IMG/VR virus record: IMGVR_UViG_3300028601_000024
Direction: 5' to 3' (one strand)
DNA: 64,000 nucleotides
DNA from: an uncultured virus (IMG/VR IMGVR_UViG_3300028601_000024)
Lineage: Duplodnaviria > Heunggongvirae > Uroviricota > Caudoviricetes
Shown: positions 38,128 to 49,180 of the stretch, in pieces
How the letters are laid out: every line of letters starts with the position of its first letter
Position numbering within the stretch: the stretch's first letter is position 1
Position numbers and translations under genes: made by a program
The notes under the pieces: generated by a model
Databases searched by the model: none
What the model was told of the DNA's origin: nothing
The model's input: only the letters and a program-made list of their open reading frames with translations

Positions 38128-38781
38128 ATGCTAACTATAAATAATACATTTGACACATGGTCAAATATATATATGAGAGAAGAAATTGATGGATCGGCTG
38201 GAATTATCATCATTTCAGACGAAGAATGCGAAGATTGCGTGAAGATCGCAATCAATCCATATATAGAGTTTTCAGCTGAAACAATAGCTGAAATAGAAGA
38301 TAATGTTTTCGGGTGCACTATAACGGTACTAAATAGGGGAGAGTTGGATCATCTGGAGGACAGATTATCCTTCATCCCAACACCAACACCTAAGGAAAAA
38401 ATTGGAACTTATTTCCAATGGGCTAAAAACAAGGAGTTTAGAGGGTTTCCTCTATATGAGGATACAATCCTTAAAAAAGACATGGTATATACCTTGTTTA
38501 AGGAGGGCAAGACGAGCATCATCTGTCCTCCTGAATTAGAGGGCACAAAAATATTATGTGCATATCTAATAGCAGGGGCAGTGCCATCAAACCTTGCCCA
38601 ACCCCACCTTGTTAAACAACTCAGAGAAGCTTTCAAAAACTTCTCGGATGAGAAGATAGAAGGTATCATGCGCGAGTATGATACCCAAAATCCGAAAAGG
38701 AAAAATCTTTTCAGAGAAAGAAATTTAACGTTTCTTTCGCGTGCAGTAAAAAAGGAAAATATTCTTAGTGATTTAATCTAA
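38128..38781 (+). CDS. Hypothetical protein
   Basis: 217-aa ORF with RBS. Confidence 0.65.
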   Translation: MLTINNTFDTWSNIYMREEIDGSAGIIIISDEECEDCVKIAINPYIEFSAETIAEIEDNVFGCTITVLNRGELDHLEDRLSFIPTPTPKEKIGTYFQWAKNKEFRGFPLYEDTILKKDMVYTLFKEGKTSIICPPELEGTKILCAYLIAGAVPSNLAQPHLVKQLREAFKNFSDEKIEGIMREYDTQNPKRKNLFRERNLTFLSRAVKKENILSDLI

Positions 38782-38877
38782 GAATATTTCAAAAGATCAT
38801 TAGGAATTTAATCCTAATGATCTTAATATATTAAGATCATTTATGATCTGAGTCGCAAAGACTATAAAGGAGACCCA

Positions 38878-39315
38878 ATGTTATATAAAGACATAGAAAA
38901 ATTGGATATTGAGTGTACCAATCCAATCGTTACTAATTTTGAGTTTTTCAAAATTGGTAACGATACAATTAGCTATGATGCCGAACAAGATCATGTCAGT
39001 TATAAATTCTTTTCTTTTTCAAGAAAAGAATTTTTGAATTATATACTAATTCAAAACATCATATTAAATGGTTGGGATATATATTCCAACTGTTTTATGA
39101 AATTTAGTGAATTGCATAAAGCAGAACAAGATCATATTGTTCGTTTGTTAAATGACAATCCATTTTTAACTAAAGAAGAGTTATTTATTAAGTTGGCGAC
39201 TAGTAATAGTTCGCCTTTTGTGACGGCTAGTATATATAAGGTGGAAGAAAAATTTATCAAAAATTTAAGACGCAAAATGCGTCAAAGTATTTTGACAAAT
39301 TTAAAAATATTTTAG
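38878..39315 (+). CDS. Hypothetical protein
   Basis: ORF with AAGGAG RBS. Confidence 0.6.
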   Translation: MLYKDIEKLDIECTNPIVTNFEFFKIGNDTISYDAEQDHVSYKFFSFSRKEFLNYILIQNIILNGWDIYSNCFMKFSELHKAEQDHIVRLLNDNPFLTKEELFIKLATSNSSPFVTASIYKVEEKFIKNLRRKMRQSILTNLKIF

Positions 39316-39338
39316 AAAATAAAAGACAAGGAGTCAAA

Positions 39339-39968
39339 ATGACTATTAGAAAAAGTAAAGGTGCCCCAGTCAAATTGGACAAGGAGGAGGTTATCAACAT
39401 CTTATTTCCTTTATTAATTAAAGGAGAGCAGGTAGAAGATGTTGCGCGCATTTGCAACGTAAGTAAACTATATGTTACAAATACTTTAAAGTGTGTCGGA
39501 CGCTTTAAATCTTGGTGTTTAGAGAATGCATTTTCTTCTAAATTAGAAGAAGTCAAAATCGCTCGACCTGAGCTTTTTAAAAAAAAAGTTGTTCATAAAA
39601 AAGAGCATAATCACACTGCTCGCAAGAATGAAACACAAATTGTTGAGTTCTTGCGAGAGAACTCTAACACAAGTATTGAAGAAATATGTCAACAATTTGA
39701 CATAAGCTCGTCGACTGCTTATAGAATCACAAGAGCATACGGGTACAAAACTCGTATGAAAAAAGAGATTCAAAGACAAAGAAGTCAAAAACAACCTTCC
39801 ACAAAATTGGAAATCGCAAATAGCATAATTCGCGATTTGCAAAAAGTGGGGATTGATATTCAACATATCGATTCATATGAAAATATCTTAGCTGAGATGA
39901 TTATTCATCTCCGAAATATTCCACTTTCAAAAGAGAAGTGGAATGAAATATTAAAGAAACTAGCTTAA
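39339..39968 (+). CDS. Tandem helix-turn-helix DNA-binding protein
   Basis: VEDVARICNVSKLYV and SIEEICQQFDISSSTAYRI. Confidence 0.7.
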   Translation: MTIRKSKGAPVKLDKEEVINILFPLLIKGEQVEDVARICNVSKLYVTNTLKCVGRFKSWCLENAFSSKLEEVKIARPELFKKKVVHKKEHNHTARKNETQIVEFLRENSNTSIEEICQQFDISSSTAYRITRAYGYKTRMKKEIQRQRSQKQPSTKLEIANSIIRDLQKVGIDIQHIDSYENILAEMIIHLRNIPLSKEKWNEILKKLA

Positions 39969-40310
39969 GCTAGTTTCTTTTTTTATTTGAAACATGAAAG
40001 GAATATTATGAATTATACAGAATTACTGGATTTTAGTGATAGTGTAACACATGTAGATAAAACAAGTATTACACTATCATATAATTTTAATGATTATGAT
40101 GATATGTCAGATTTTCAAACTAAAGTTAATAAATTATATTCAAATTTTTTCAATTTTAATATAATGTTTGAATCACAATATCAAAGAATTAAAGAAAAAT
40201 TTAATGCATTCAAATATAGCCTAACTATAATGATTATTATATCTAATGATTGTCAATTAGACGATATAAAATCATTTATAGTAGATATTGATAGTATTTA
40301 AAGGAATTAT

Positions 40311-40940
40311 ATGCAACCAACTAAATGGCTCGAAGATGGTCAAAATAAGTATTTTTATTACAAACATATGATTCATCAAATATATGAAAATTCACAAGGG
40401 TTTGTAAAAAATCAAGATGGATTATTATATTCTATAAAAGATGTAATAATAATTGATAATTCAGAAGGACGTCAAGTGTTGATAAATGATCAAGATGATG
40501 GATTTCACACATTAATTGTAAAATGTGTGAAAGGTAAACACTTCTGGTATGAATATTACCTAGGTGTTAATAAGTCATCAATGTTTTGGTCAAATATTGA
40601 TATTAGCGCTCAAGACAGAAGATGTAGGTTATTATCAACTGTATTTGGAAAAAAATATATAAATTTCGATAAAATGAAACATGTATATCCACTAGATGTT
40701 AGTTGGATATCGTTTTCTCAACCAGGACAATGTTCTGATAAATTAGAATATCCTTTTTTAAATAATGATATTATGTATTATGGTGGAGCGATGGAAGTTC
40801 ATAAGAATTATCCAAATTTTAATCACATTGATTCATTTAAAGCAGCATTAACTCAACTTGAGTTAATGAAACAAAAAATCTTAAAACTAAAGGAAAATAA
40901 TGACCTTACAAGAATTAATCAAATTGATAAAAAAATATAA
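40311..40940 (+). CDS. Hypothetical protein
   Basis: ORF with RBS. Confidence 0.6.
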   Translation: MQPTKWLEDGQNKYFYYKHMIHQIYENSQGFVKNQDGLLYSIKDVIIIDNSEGRQVLINDQDDGFHTLIVKCVKGKHFWYEYYLGVNKSSMFWSNIDISAQDRRCRLLSTVFGKKYINFDKMKHVYPLDVSWISFSQPGQCSDKLEYPFLNNDIMYYGGAMEVHKNYPNFNHIDSFKAALTQLELMKQKILKLKENNDLTRINQIDKKI

Positions 40941-41092
40941 GGATGTAAAATGTTTATATGGAACCCACAGAATTGAATCATATGATTTAGATCAGACATG
41001 CATGTCTGGTTACGATTCTGGTGGAACGTATAAATGTATTTTCTTAGATTCTGATGAATTTGATATTAATCAAATTAGAGAAGTTATAAAAT

Positions 41093-42055
41093 GTGAAACA
41101 ATATGGAGAAAAAATGAATGAATTCGTTAATCTTTCAAATTTAGATCATATCGGAGAGGACATAATCAGCTTTATGTCCACCAATGGAATAGATTGTGGT
41201 GATACTTTGCTCAAAAGAACCGCAATTGATTATTACTTACAACATAATGGCATTGTTGGGTTCACACCTGATATTGAATACATTTTAAACAACGGAGAAG
41301 AAATGAATATTATAGATACCGATATTGAATTAGAAAACATTAAAAATTGCAAAGATTTTAATGTTTTATTTGAAACATTGATTGATATTGATAAATCAAT
41401 AAGTAATGCAATAAATAACATTACTCAATTTGAAATTTCAAATTGTATGTGTTTTGAGGAAATTTCCGAAACAGACGACATACTTTCATGTTTAAGTTTA
41501 TTTTTTATTGAAGCTGAAACGGACTCATTAAGTTCAAAACTTATTCAAAAGAATACAAACATTTCAAAAATTCAAAAGTTATATCAACAATTGAATGAAG
41601 AAATGTTCAATTCTTTTGAAAGCGATGATCAAGGTTTCCTCTGTTTTAAAGTAGAGGATTTTAGTAAATTAAAAGTTTTATTATCTAATCATCTGCCAAA
41701 AATTCTTGAATTAATTCAAGAATTTTTAGAATCTCTTGAAAACTTCCAGAGTCAAAATATTAAAATAATAGATGATTCAGGAATTTTAGAACAAGTGTCT
41801 AATGGTGCAAGAATTCAAAAAGTTTTGTTCAGTGTTGGTCATAAAATTTACAAAATTTCGATTCGATCAGAATCACATGAACCACAATCTTTTGCACTAC
41901 TGTATGAAAAAACAGATGAGTGGCTATTGCTTTTGGAGAAGAAACCTCCTAAAATAGCCTACATGACTGATTATAAAAGAGATGTGTTTGAATCGTTAAT
42001 TTTAAAACTTATAGATAAAGCACATACAATATCAAAAACTGAGACATCATGTTAG
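41093..42055 (+). CDS. Hypothetical acidic protein
   Basis: 320-aa ORF. Confidence 0.6.
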   Translation: MKQYGEKMNEFVNLSNLDHIGEDIISFMSTNGIDCGDTLLKRTAIDYYLQHNGIVGFTPDIEYILNNGEEMNIIDTDIELENIKNCKDFNVLFETLIDIDKSISNAINNITQFEISNCMCFEEISETDDILSCLSLFFIEAETDSLSSKLIQKNTNISKIQKLYQQLNEEMFNSFESDDQGFLCFKVEDFSKLKVLLSNHLPKILELIQEFLESLENFQSQNIKIIDDSGILEQVSNGARIQKVLFSVGHKIYKISIRSESHEPQSFALLYEKTDEWLLLLEKKPPKIAYMTDYKRDVFESLILKLIDKAHTISKTETSC

Positions 42056-42765
42056 ATGTAAAAGTTTTATTAAAAAACAATAAAAAACACTATATTTTCT
42101 CATTAGATGATATAGTGTTTTGGAATTATATTATAAAATATGATAAAAAATTTTATAAAATTAAATTGGGGAATATTGACAACGGATTTAAATATTTTTT
42201 TGGGTGTAAAGAGCAAATATTACACCAAGATGAAAAAGATGCATTGTTTAAAAAATTTTTTAATTTAGTAACATCAGTTGCTCAAAAATTCACAAGTGAG
42301 AGCGCAGTTGATGTACCTACAACTACATCAACTGCGCCTAAAAAATCTACTACAAAATCTGTTTCGAAAGATAGAGGCGCAAAGACACGAAAGTGGAAAT
42401 TGTGTAATATTCCATATGTGTCATTACATTACACTCCAAATCGATCTAAAAACTACATAACATTCAGAATTAGATTTGCAGTTGGTAGATCTAAAGCTCA
42501 CCCGAAAATGGTGAGAAAAGATTATCCGTTTACAAAAGAAGGATTAATTAATGCATGTGTTGCAAGTTATGATTATAGCGTGCAACATAATTTACCGATC
42601 AGATTCGACGTAAGTCGAGAAGAAATCTTAAAAGGAGATATAAGCAATGACTTAGATTTTTTAGAATTGGCAACACAAGTTGCAAATCAATATAACACTA
42701 AGTATAATGAAAATTATGCTATAAATTTACAATTTAGTAAATTTAGTAAAAAAGAATTGAATTAA
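42049..42765 (+). CDS. Hypothetical basic protein (possible AP2-like DNA-binding domain)
   Basis: Basic beta-rich segment followed by a helix; weak. Confidence 0.4.
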   Translation: MLDVKVLLKNNKKHYIFSLDDIVFWNYIIKYDKKFYKIKLGNIDNGFKYFFGCKEQILHQDEKDALFKKFFNLVTSVAQKFTSESAVDVPTTTSTAPKKSTTKSVSKDRGAKTRKWKLCNIPYVSLHYTPNRSKNYITFRIRFAVGRSKAHPKMVRKDYPFTKEGLINACVASYDYSVQHNLPIRFDVSREEILKGDISNDLDFLELATQVANQYNTKYNENYAINLQFSKFSKKELN

Positions 42766-43282
42766 AAGGAAAAATAATGGGAAATTTTTTATTAATTGTA
42801 CTTGCGATTATTATAGGGTTATTTATATATAATAACTTTTTATATATAATTGGGGCAATTCTTATTGCAGTGGTTATTATATTTGGACTAATCATTTCAC
42901 AAGATTTGATTAAAAATTATAAAAATAAAATAAAAAAATAAAGGATAAATTATGAAGAAAAAAGTAGTATTAATAAGACCAACAATTGAACAACAAAAAC
43001 AATTGGTAGAGATGAGACTATGTTATCCATCTAAACTAGATGAATTATATTTAGAGCCATATATTGTTGTATTCGGTAAAAAAACATATGATGGTCATGT
43101 GATTACTAATGGACAATATGTAACTGCACTAGCAGTAGAAGATAAAATCATTCATCCACAGGATAAGGAGTTGACCGATTATTTTAAATTATAAATTATA
43201 AATAAATTATTCTAATATTCTAATTTAAAATCAACATGATTTAATTACACACAATAAAAATAAATAACCAAAGGAAAATATT

Positions 43283-43729
43283 ATGCAAAACAAACTTAGA
43301 GAATTACTTAACAATAACCCGCACGCTGTAAAAACACTTGACCTTAAAAATGGCGCAGTAGTAGGCAAGTTTAAAAAAGGTGAGATCAAAGAACTCTCAA
43401 TTAACACATTAGAGAATATGGGTGCGAGTTGTGGATATGTTCCACATATTGTAATGTTACCTGCTGATTCAACATTAAATGTTGGGGAGTTAAATGAAAA
43501 ATTTGTACAAGCTCTATCAGAAGTTCTCGAGAACTTTCGCCCTGTAAAAGCAGAGAAATTGCCAAAAGCACAGAAAGCACCAAAAGCTGAAAAAGTAGAA
43601 GATCATTCAATGATTCTACCAGAAACTAACACAAGTGTGTTGCCTGAAATGGTACTACCAACTGAAGCAGCACCAGTAGAAACTCAAGCCGCGCCAGCTG
43701 ATTCAATCTCAATCAATATCGCTGAATGA
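43283..43729 (+). CDS. Hypothetical protein
   Basis: ORF with RBS. Confidence 0.6.
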   Translation: MQNKLRELLNNNPHAVKTLDLKNGAVVGKFKKGEIKELSINTLENMGASCGYVPHIVMLPADSTLNVGELNEKFVQALSEVLENFRPVKAEKLPKAQKAPKAEKVEDHSMILPETNTSVLPEMVLPTEAAPVETQAAPADSISINIAE

Positions 43730-44142
43730 AGGCGATAGTTTTCGATGATTATTATTCGCCAAAAATTTGCGAAGAGAATCCTCAATTTCTCTTCGTTTTT
43801 GGAGACAATATAATTAGAAAAGGTACAGGCGGACAAGCTTGTATTAGACACATGAAAAACTCTAAAGGAATTGCAACGAAGAGATTACCAACTATGAATC
43901 CTAACGCATTCTTTAGTGATCTTGCAGATGAACGTGAAATTATTTATAATGATTTTATGTTTGCATTGAATTATGCAAATAGGTATAATATGACCATATG
44001 TTTCCCTAGAGATGGTCTAGGGACAGGTTTAAGTAAAATGCCTGAGAAATCTCCACTATTATTCAAATATTTGAATAACTTGATCGAACAATACTGTGGT
44101 ATTGTTTTCGATTATAAGCTGCAAAAATTTACTATGGAATAA
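43726..44142 (+). CDS. Conserved phage protein (FVFGDN...G.GGQA family, macro-like fold)
   Basis: FVFGDN, GGQA.IR, GIATK, GLGTGL motifs. Confidence 0.6.
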   Translation: MKAIVFDDYYSPKICEENPQFLFVFGDNIIRKGTGGQACIRHMKNSKGIATKRLPTMNPNAFFSDLADEREIIYNDFMFALNYANRYNMTICFPRDGLGTGLSKMPEKSPLLFKYLNNLIEQYCGIVFDYKLQKFTME

Positions 44143-44176
44143 TTACATATTTCTATAGTAACTTAAAAGGAAAAAA

Positions 44177-44905
44177 ATGGAAAAAAAATTATATGTCGTG
44201 AGTCATAGTGGTGGGTTAGATTCCACGACTATGTTAGCAAAAGCACTTAAAGAAGGTAATATTGTATTACCTTTAAATTTCAACTATGGACAAAAGAATG
44301 TAATTGAAATCAGTGCTCAGCAACAATCTCATAATTATTTCAAGAATATTTATGGAGATCAATTGTTGGACACAATTAATATTGATTTAACTACTTCGAT
44401 TGGTGATCCTATCAAAAAATTTCAAATAAATCGCGATAACGGTTTATCTGAAGAAAAACACGGTATGAAATACTACATGCCAAGTAGAAACTTATTATTT
44501 CTAAGCCTATGTGCAGTCGTAGGGGAAATAATTGCAACTGAAGAAAATTATGATCATATTATAATTGGTATCGGAATTCATAAACATAGCGATGTTTATG
44601 AAAGAGATTATTGGGACATAAGTCCTGAATTTGCTGATCGTCTAAATTTTTTAATTAGCTTAAATGATGTAATCAAAATTACAGTTGATGCACCTTATAA
44701 GGATAAATACAAAGAAGATATTATAAAAGATATGATAGATCTTGCAGTTCCATATGATTTAACATGGACGTGTTATGATCCACAAGAAGTCAAAGAAGGT
44801 CGTTATCGCCCATGCCATGCTTGTGAAGCGTGTTTAGAGCGACAAATTAACGCAAAATCATCATCATATGAAGATATTATAAATTCATATGAATTAACTA
44901 TTTAG
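44177..44905 (+). CDS. queC: 7-cyano-7-deazaguanine (preQ0) synthase
   Basis: SGGLDSTT, NYGQK, PSRNLLF, TWTCY, C..C..C.ER. Confidence 0.92.
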   Translation: MEKKLYVVSHSGGLDSTTMLAKALKEGNIVLPLNFNYGQKNVIEISAQQQSHNYFKNIYGDQLLDTINIDLTTSIGDPIKKFQINRDNGLSEEKHGMKYYMPSRNLLFLSLCAVVGEIIATEENYDHIIIGIGIHKHSDVYERDYWDISPEFADRLNFLISLNDVIKITVDAPYKDKYKEDIIKDMIDLAVPYDLTWTCYDPQEVKEGRYRPCHACEACLERQINAKSSSYEDIINSYELTI

Positions 44906-45245
44906 GATATCAAATGAAAAATTTATTGAATGTTTATATTAAACCAGAAGATATAAGTGTTGTAATGGTTGATGATGTTGTTAGAGATGAAGATCAAGGT
45001 TATTGTGTACAAATAAAAATATGGGTAAATAATCTTAATGATCCCTTTATTTTTACATATCTTTTATTAGAAGCGGAATATGATGAATCCAAAATATTTG
45101 GAATTGTTTATAGCAGGAAATTGAGAAAATATAATAGTGATATGGCTTTAACACATCCAAATTTGCTCCAAGATAATTTAAAAGTTTATTTAAATGATCT
45201 TGCAAAATTAAATATTAAAAAAAGTTTATTTAAAAAGGAAATATA

Positions 45246-46040
45246 ATGCTTCAAAACATTAACAACCCAATTCTTGACATTATCTGTCAAGTAAATAACA
45301 GAGAAAATAAGTTAGTTGAAGTGACCGATAAAATATATGAAATCGGTCACTTCAATGCGGAAGATATTTTAGATAATAATCAATATGAATACAGTGATAT
45401 TGATTACGGAGTATGTGACAACGTCGAGCAATTAGAAAATAAATATAATATAAGTGGTAACCCATATATTGCATTTATGACACCTATTGTTAAAAGCAAT
45501 CAACCTAGTGAGGGCGGATGGAGATGGTGTAAGTGGGGACAATATATCGGTACTCACGAGATTACAAGCGAATATTTATATGATGAACCTCAAATTGAGA
45601 AAGTTTATGTTTTCTCAATTTATAAAGTTCATGCTAAATATAATGAGGCCAAAGTAAGATCGATGATTCATTCACCTGATCTTGATATGAATGATGTTAC
45701 ACTTAATGTAAAATTAAGCGAAAGTTTTATCCGAGAACATTCGGATAAATTAGAAAAGTATTGGCTAAACATTAGCTCAAGACAAAAATTAAGCGAAGAT
45801 CTTATTAAAGAGTTTGAGGATAAAGTAGATTGGGATATGGTAAGTTTAAACCAAAAACTTAGCGATCAAATGATTCGTAAATACAGTGATCGTTTAAACT
45901 GGCTTTATATTGGATGTCATCAACAGCTCAGCGATGATATAATTCTTGAATTTATAGATCGTTTGAATTATAATGATCTATTAAGATTTCAAAACCTTTC
46001 ACAGGAAATGATTGAACGCATTAATACTATTAAAAAATAA
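45246..46040 (+). CDS. Fusion of a GGWRW.KWG.YIG domain and Trp repeats
   Basis: C-terminal QKLSEDxIxEFxDKVDW repeats. Confidence 0.7.
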   Translation: MLQNINNPILDIICQVNNRENKLVEVTDKIYEIGHFNAEDILDNNQYEYSDIDYGVCDNVEQLENKYNISGNPYIAFMTPIVKSNQPSEGGWRWCKWGQYIGTHEITSEYLYDEPQIEKVYVFSIYKVHAKYNEAKVRSMIHSPDLDMNDVTLNVKLSESFIREHSDKLEKYWLNISSRQKLSEDLIKEFEDKVDWDMVSLNQKLSDQMIRKYSDRLNWLYIGCHQQLSDDIILEFIDRLNYNDLLRFQNLSQEMIERINTIKK

Positions 46041-46095
46041 ATAACAATTTTCAATTTTATCATTATGATAAAATTGAAAATATAAAAGGAATATA

Positions 46096-46275
46096 ATGAA
46101 TTTATTAGTTATAGATAACTTAGAAAATTATCCTAAATGCGAAAGTTGTGGTTCAGAATTTTTAACACAACATGATATAAATGAATTGATATATCATAGA
46201 ACAACTGCTTCTCATGATATTTATTATTGTCCAGACTGTAAAAAAGAATCTGTTTTTATTAGTAATAATGAGTAA
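46096..46275 (+). CDS. 59-aa zinc-ribbon protein (not in the ORF track)
   Basis: RBS; KCESCGSE...YCPDCKK. Confidence 0.65.
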   Translation: MNLLVIDNLENYPKCESCGSEFLTQHDINELIYHRTTASHDIYYCPDCKKESVFISNNE

Positions 46276-46332
46276 ATTTATACATATAATATTTTTATTA
46301 TATGTATAAATTTTATTTAAAAAAGGAAACAT

Positions 46333-47271
46333 ATGTTATATACGGACTTGATGACACAGGTTATTAAAAGTAAAGATCTTGAACTTGTTCATGCTATTCT
46401 AGGTGAACTCATTAAATTGAGTGAGATTTCAAAAGATGACTATATTGATTTAATTAAGAATTCAATTAATGTTAAAGAAAACATTGAATTTTGTTATGAA
46501 CTTCTTTGTATGAATTATTCAGATGATGAATTATGCAACATGCTTGGTATCACAGAAGATAATATTGAGAACCATGTTGAACTTATTGATAAGATAATAG
46601 ATGAAATAGATTTAGATTATGATATAATTAAAGCATATCAATCATTTAAAATTATAAGTGATTTTAATACTTACTATATTGATTACGGTTATGATGTGTT
46701 ACTTGATAAAGATTTTGATAAAATACTATTTGAAAAAAAATATGATGTTGTTAACAAGGATCATGTTATTTACATGACTAAAGCATGCTGTCATTTATTT
46801 GATGATAGTAATTATACATTTAGTCCAAATAAATATCATAGGACCAGAAGACTAAATGAATTGTTAATCAATGCTGATTTTGATCAAAATATTGCCAAAC
46901 TCATAGAAGAACACAGCTATGGTTGGTATAGTGATAGTGATAGTATTGACAGCCAATTAAGTAAAGTTGATATGACCGATATGTTAATTGAAATGAAGCG
47001 AAATACAAGACGGATTAAATACGAAAATTTAATAAATATTGAATTTATTAATAAATTAAAAGAGGAATATCCTCGATTAGAATTTAATTTCGTACAAGGT
47101 GAAGTGTATTTAGAAGATCAAAGAAATGATTCGGTTAAGGTGTATTTCAATGGAGATTTGATTTACACGGATAATGGAAGGGGAAATGATTTCGGCGATA
47201 TTCGTTTAAATGGAAAAAATTTAACTGAATATCTAGAAAGTAATAGCTATTTATTTAAAGAAGACAAATGA
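46333..47271 (+). CDS. Hypothetical protein
   Basis: 312-aa ORF with RBS. Confidence 0.65.
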   Translation: MLYTDLMTQVIKSKDLELVHAILGELIKLSEISKDDYIDLIKNSINVKENIEFCYELLCMNYSDDELCNMLGITEDNIENHVELIDKIIDEIDLDYDIIKAYQSFKIISDFNTYYIDYGYDVLLDKDFDKILFEKKYDVVNKDHVIYMTKACCHLFDDSNYTFSPNKYHRTRRLNELLINADFDQNIAKLIEEHSYGWYSDSDSIDSQLSKVDMTDMLIEMKRNTRRIKYENLINIEFINKLKEEYPRLEFNFVQGEVYLEDQRNDSVKVYFNGDLIYTDNGRGNDFGDIRLNGKNLTEYLESNSYLFKEDK

Positions 47272-47813
47272 GATATTTTACAAGTGACATTCATTTAGGT
47301 CATAATAATATAGTTCAAAAATATAGAACAGAAATATCATCTGTTCAAGAACACGATCAATTGTTTTTTGATCAATTATATGCTCTAGGTAAACGAGATA
47401 TATTAGTAATCATTGGTGATTTTCTTTTTGATTGTGAAAATTACGATCAGTATATTGAAAAGATAAGTCGAGCTAAGTGTCGAATTCAATTAGTTTTTGG
47501 AAACCATGATTCTTTAAAATTATTAAAATGTGAAAAAATTGAAATCCAATTACCTTTATATTCCTATAAAAATATTTGGATTAGTCATTGTCCAATTCAT
47601 CCTTCTGAAATGCGTGGAAGATTAGGGAATATTCACGGTCATTTGCATAAATGCAAAATTCCAGATAATCGTTATTTTAATGTTAATTTTGATGTTAATG
47701 ATTATAAATTTGTATCAAATGATACTATTTTAAATTATTTTAAAAATAGAAAGGAAACACTATGGACACGAATAATTTCGAAACTCAAACTGAGTTGTCA
47801 GAAGAAGAGTTAA
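47268..47813 (+). CDS. Calcineurin-like metallophosphoesterase
   Basis: SDIHLGH, IGD, GNHD, SHCP, HGHLH. Confidence 0.92.
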   Translation: MRYFTSDIHLGHNNIVQKYRTEISSVQEHDQLFFDQLYALGKRDILVIIGDFLFDCENYDQYIEKISRAKCRIQLVFGNHDSLKLLKCEKIEIQLPLYSYKNIWISHCPIHPSEMRGRLGNIHGHLHKCKIPDNRYFNVNFDVNDYKFVSNDTILNYFKNRKETLWTRIISKLKLSCQKKS

Positions 47814-48089
47814 AAAGAGAATTAGCTAAAAAGGAGCTTCAAAATATGTTTCGTGGATACGAGACAATTGAAGTGTTAAAAGATCAATTGGATCATTTGA
47901 AAAAATATATTGAAATTCTTACAAACGAAAATTCAAAATTAAAGAAGCAAAATTCAATACATGCTTCAAATGAGAAATTGTTTTTGCAAAAAATTAAAAA
48001 ACTCGAAATTTCGAATTTTGATTTGAAAAAGAACAAACATACTGATATATATATCGAGAATGTGTATATTAATAATTAAGGAGCAATTT

Positions 48090-48210
48090 ATCACTCGATT
48101 CATAATCCTAATATAATCCATATCGGATGCTTCAGATGAACATATAATGAAGAAACTAAGGCTATTCGTAAAAAATACAAAAGATCACATAGTCAAAGTA
48201 AATGAATATT
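48090..48210 (+). pseudogene. Degenerate remnant of the Trp-repeat family C-terminal domain
   Basis: atccatatcggatgcttcaga...gctattcgt...aaagtaaatgaa matches IHIGCFR...AIR...KVNE, with stops. Confidence 0.55.
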
Positions 48211-48230
48211 TTAATATATAAGGAAATAAC

Positions 48231-48896
48231 ATGGAACCGGTAAGTGAAGCAGAATTAAGACAGTTAATGGCTGAAGATAATGTTGATTGGGTTAGAGTTA
48301 GTTTTTGCCAAAAACTACCAGAAGACATACTTCGGGAGTTTGCGGATAAAGTTGAATGGGTGAAGATTATTAGTGCTCGTCAAAAACTATCAGAAAGCTT
48401 TATCAGAGAGTTTAAGGATAAAGTTGATTGGGTACAGATTAGTGTTCGTCAAAAACTTAGCGAAGATTTTATCAGAGAATTTAGTGATAAAGTTGATTGG
48501 GTACAGATTAGTGTTCGTCAAAAACTTAGCGAAGATTTTATCAGAGAATTTAGTGATAAAGTTGATTGGGTACAGATTAGTGTTCGTCAAAAACTTAGCG
48601 AAGATTTTATCAGAGAGTTTAAGGATGAATTAGATATTAGATATATCAATCTTTATCAACACCTTAGTAATGATTTCTTGAAAGAATTTAAACTACAAAG
48701 ACTATATGTTAAAATAATTCATAACGCTGGAAACCACAATAGATATATTTATCGATTAATAGAAACTCCTGAATTAATCCATATTGGATGCTTCCGAGGC
48801 ACCCAACAGGAAGCAATTGATGCTATTCGAAGAAATTATGATGGAGAAGATATGGATGAATATATCTCTAAAGTAAATGAGTGTTTTGAGGATTAA
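48231..48896 (+). CDS. Tryptophan-repeat protein (23-aa repeats)
   Basis: Near-identical 69-bp units encoding DKVDWVQISVRQKLSEDFIREF; IHIGCF C-terminal domain. Confidence 0.8.
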   Translation: MEPVSEAELRQLMAEDNVDWVRVSFCQKLPEDILREFADKVEWVKIISARQKLSESFIREFKDKVDWVQISVRQKLSEDFIREFSDKVDWVQISVRQKLSEDFIREFSDKVDWVQISVRQKLSEDFIREFKDELDIRYINLYQHLSNDFLKEFKLQRLYVKIIHNAGNHNRYIYRLIETPELIHIGCFRGTQQEAIDAIRRNYDGEDMDEYISKVNECFED

Positions 48897-49180
48897 TATG
48901 AAAATATTGCTTAATACAATCATAGTTATTTTAATTATTAGTATGATATTAACAATATGTGATATCATTGTTATGAAAGGGTTTTAATGTATTACTATGT
49001 AATTTTTTATCATGATAATAGATATAAATTAAGTACATCAAATATACCTATTGATGAACACATTAAAAAAAGAAGAATAGATGAGAGTTGGATAGTGGAA
49101 TCTGGAAAATTGAACAATGAATTCAATATGATTCCATATCTCAAAACGGTTTTAGATAAATATAACTCAAAAGGAAAGAA

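Noticed and set aside
48400..48630. 69-bp direct repeats as a CRISPR array or DGR template
   Set aside because: Contiguous in-frame coding repeats with no spacers; no cas or reverse transcriptase gene in the window
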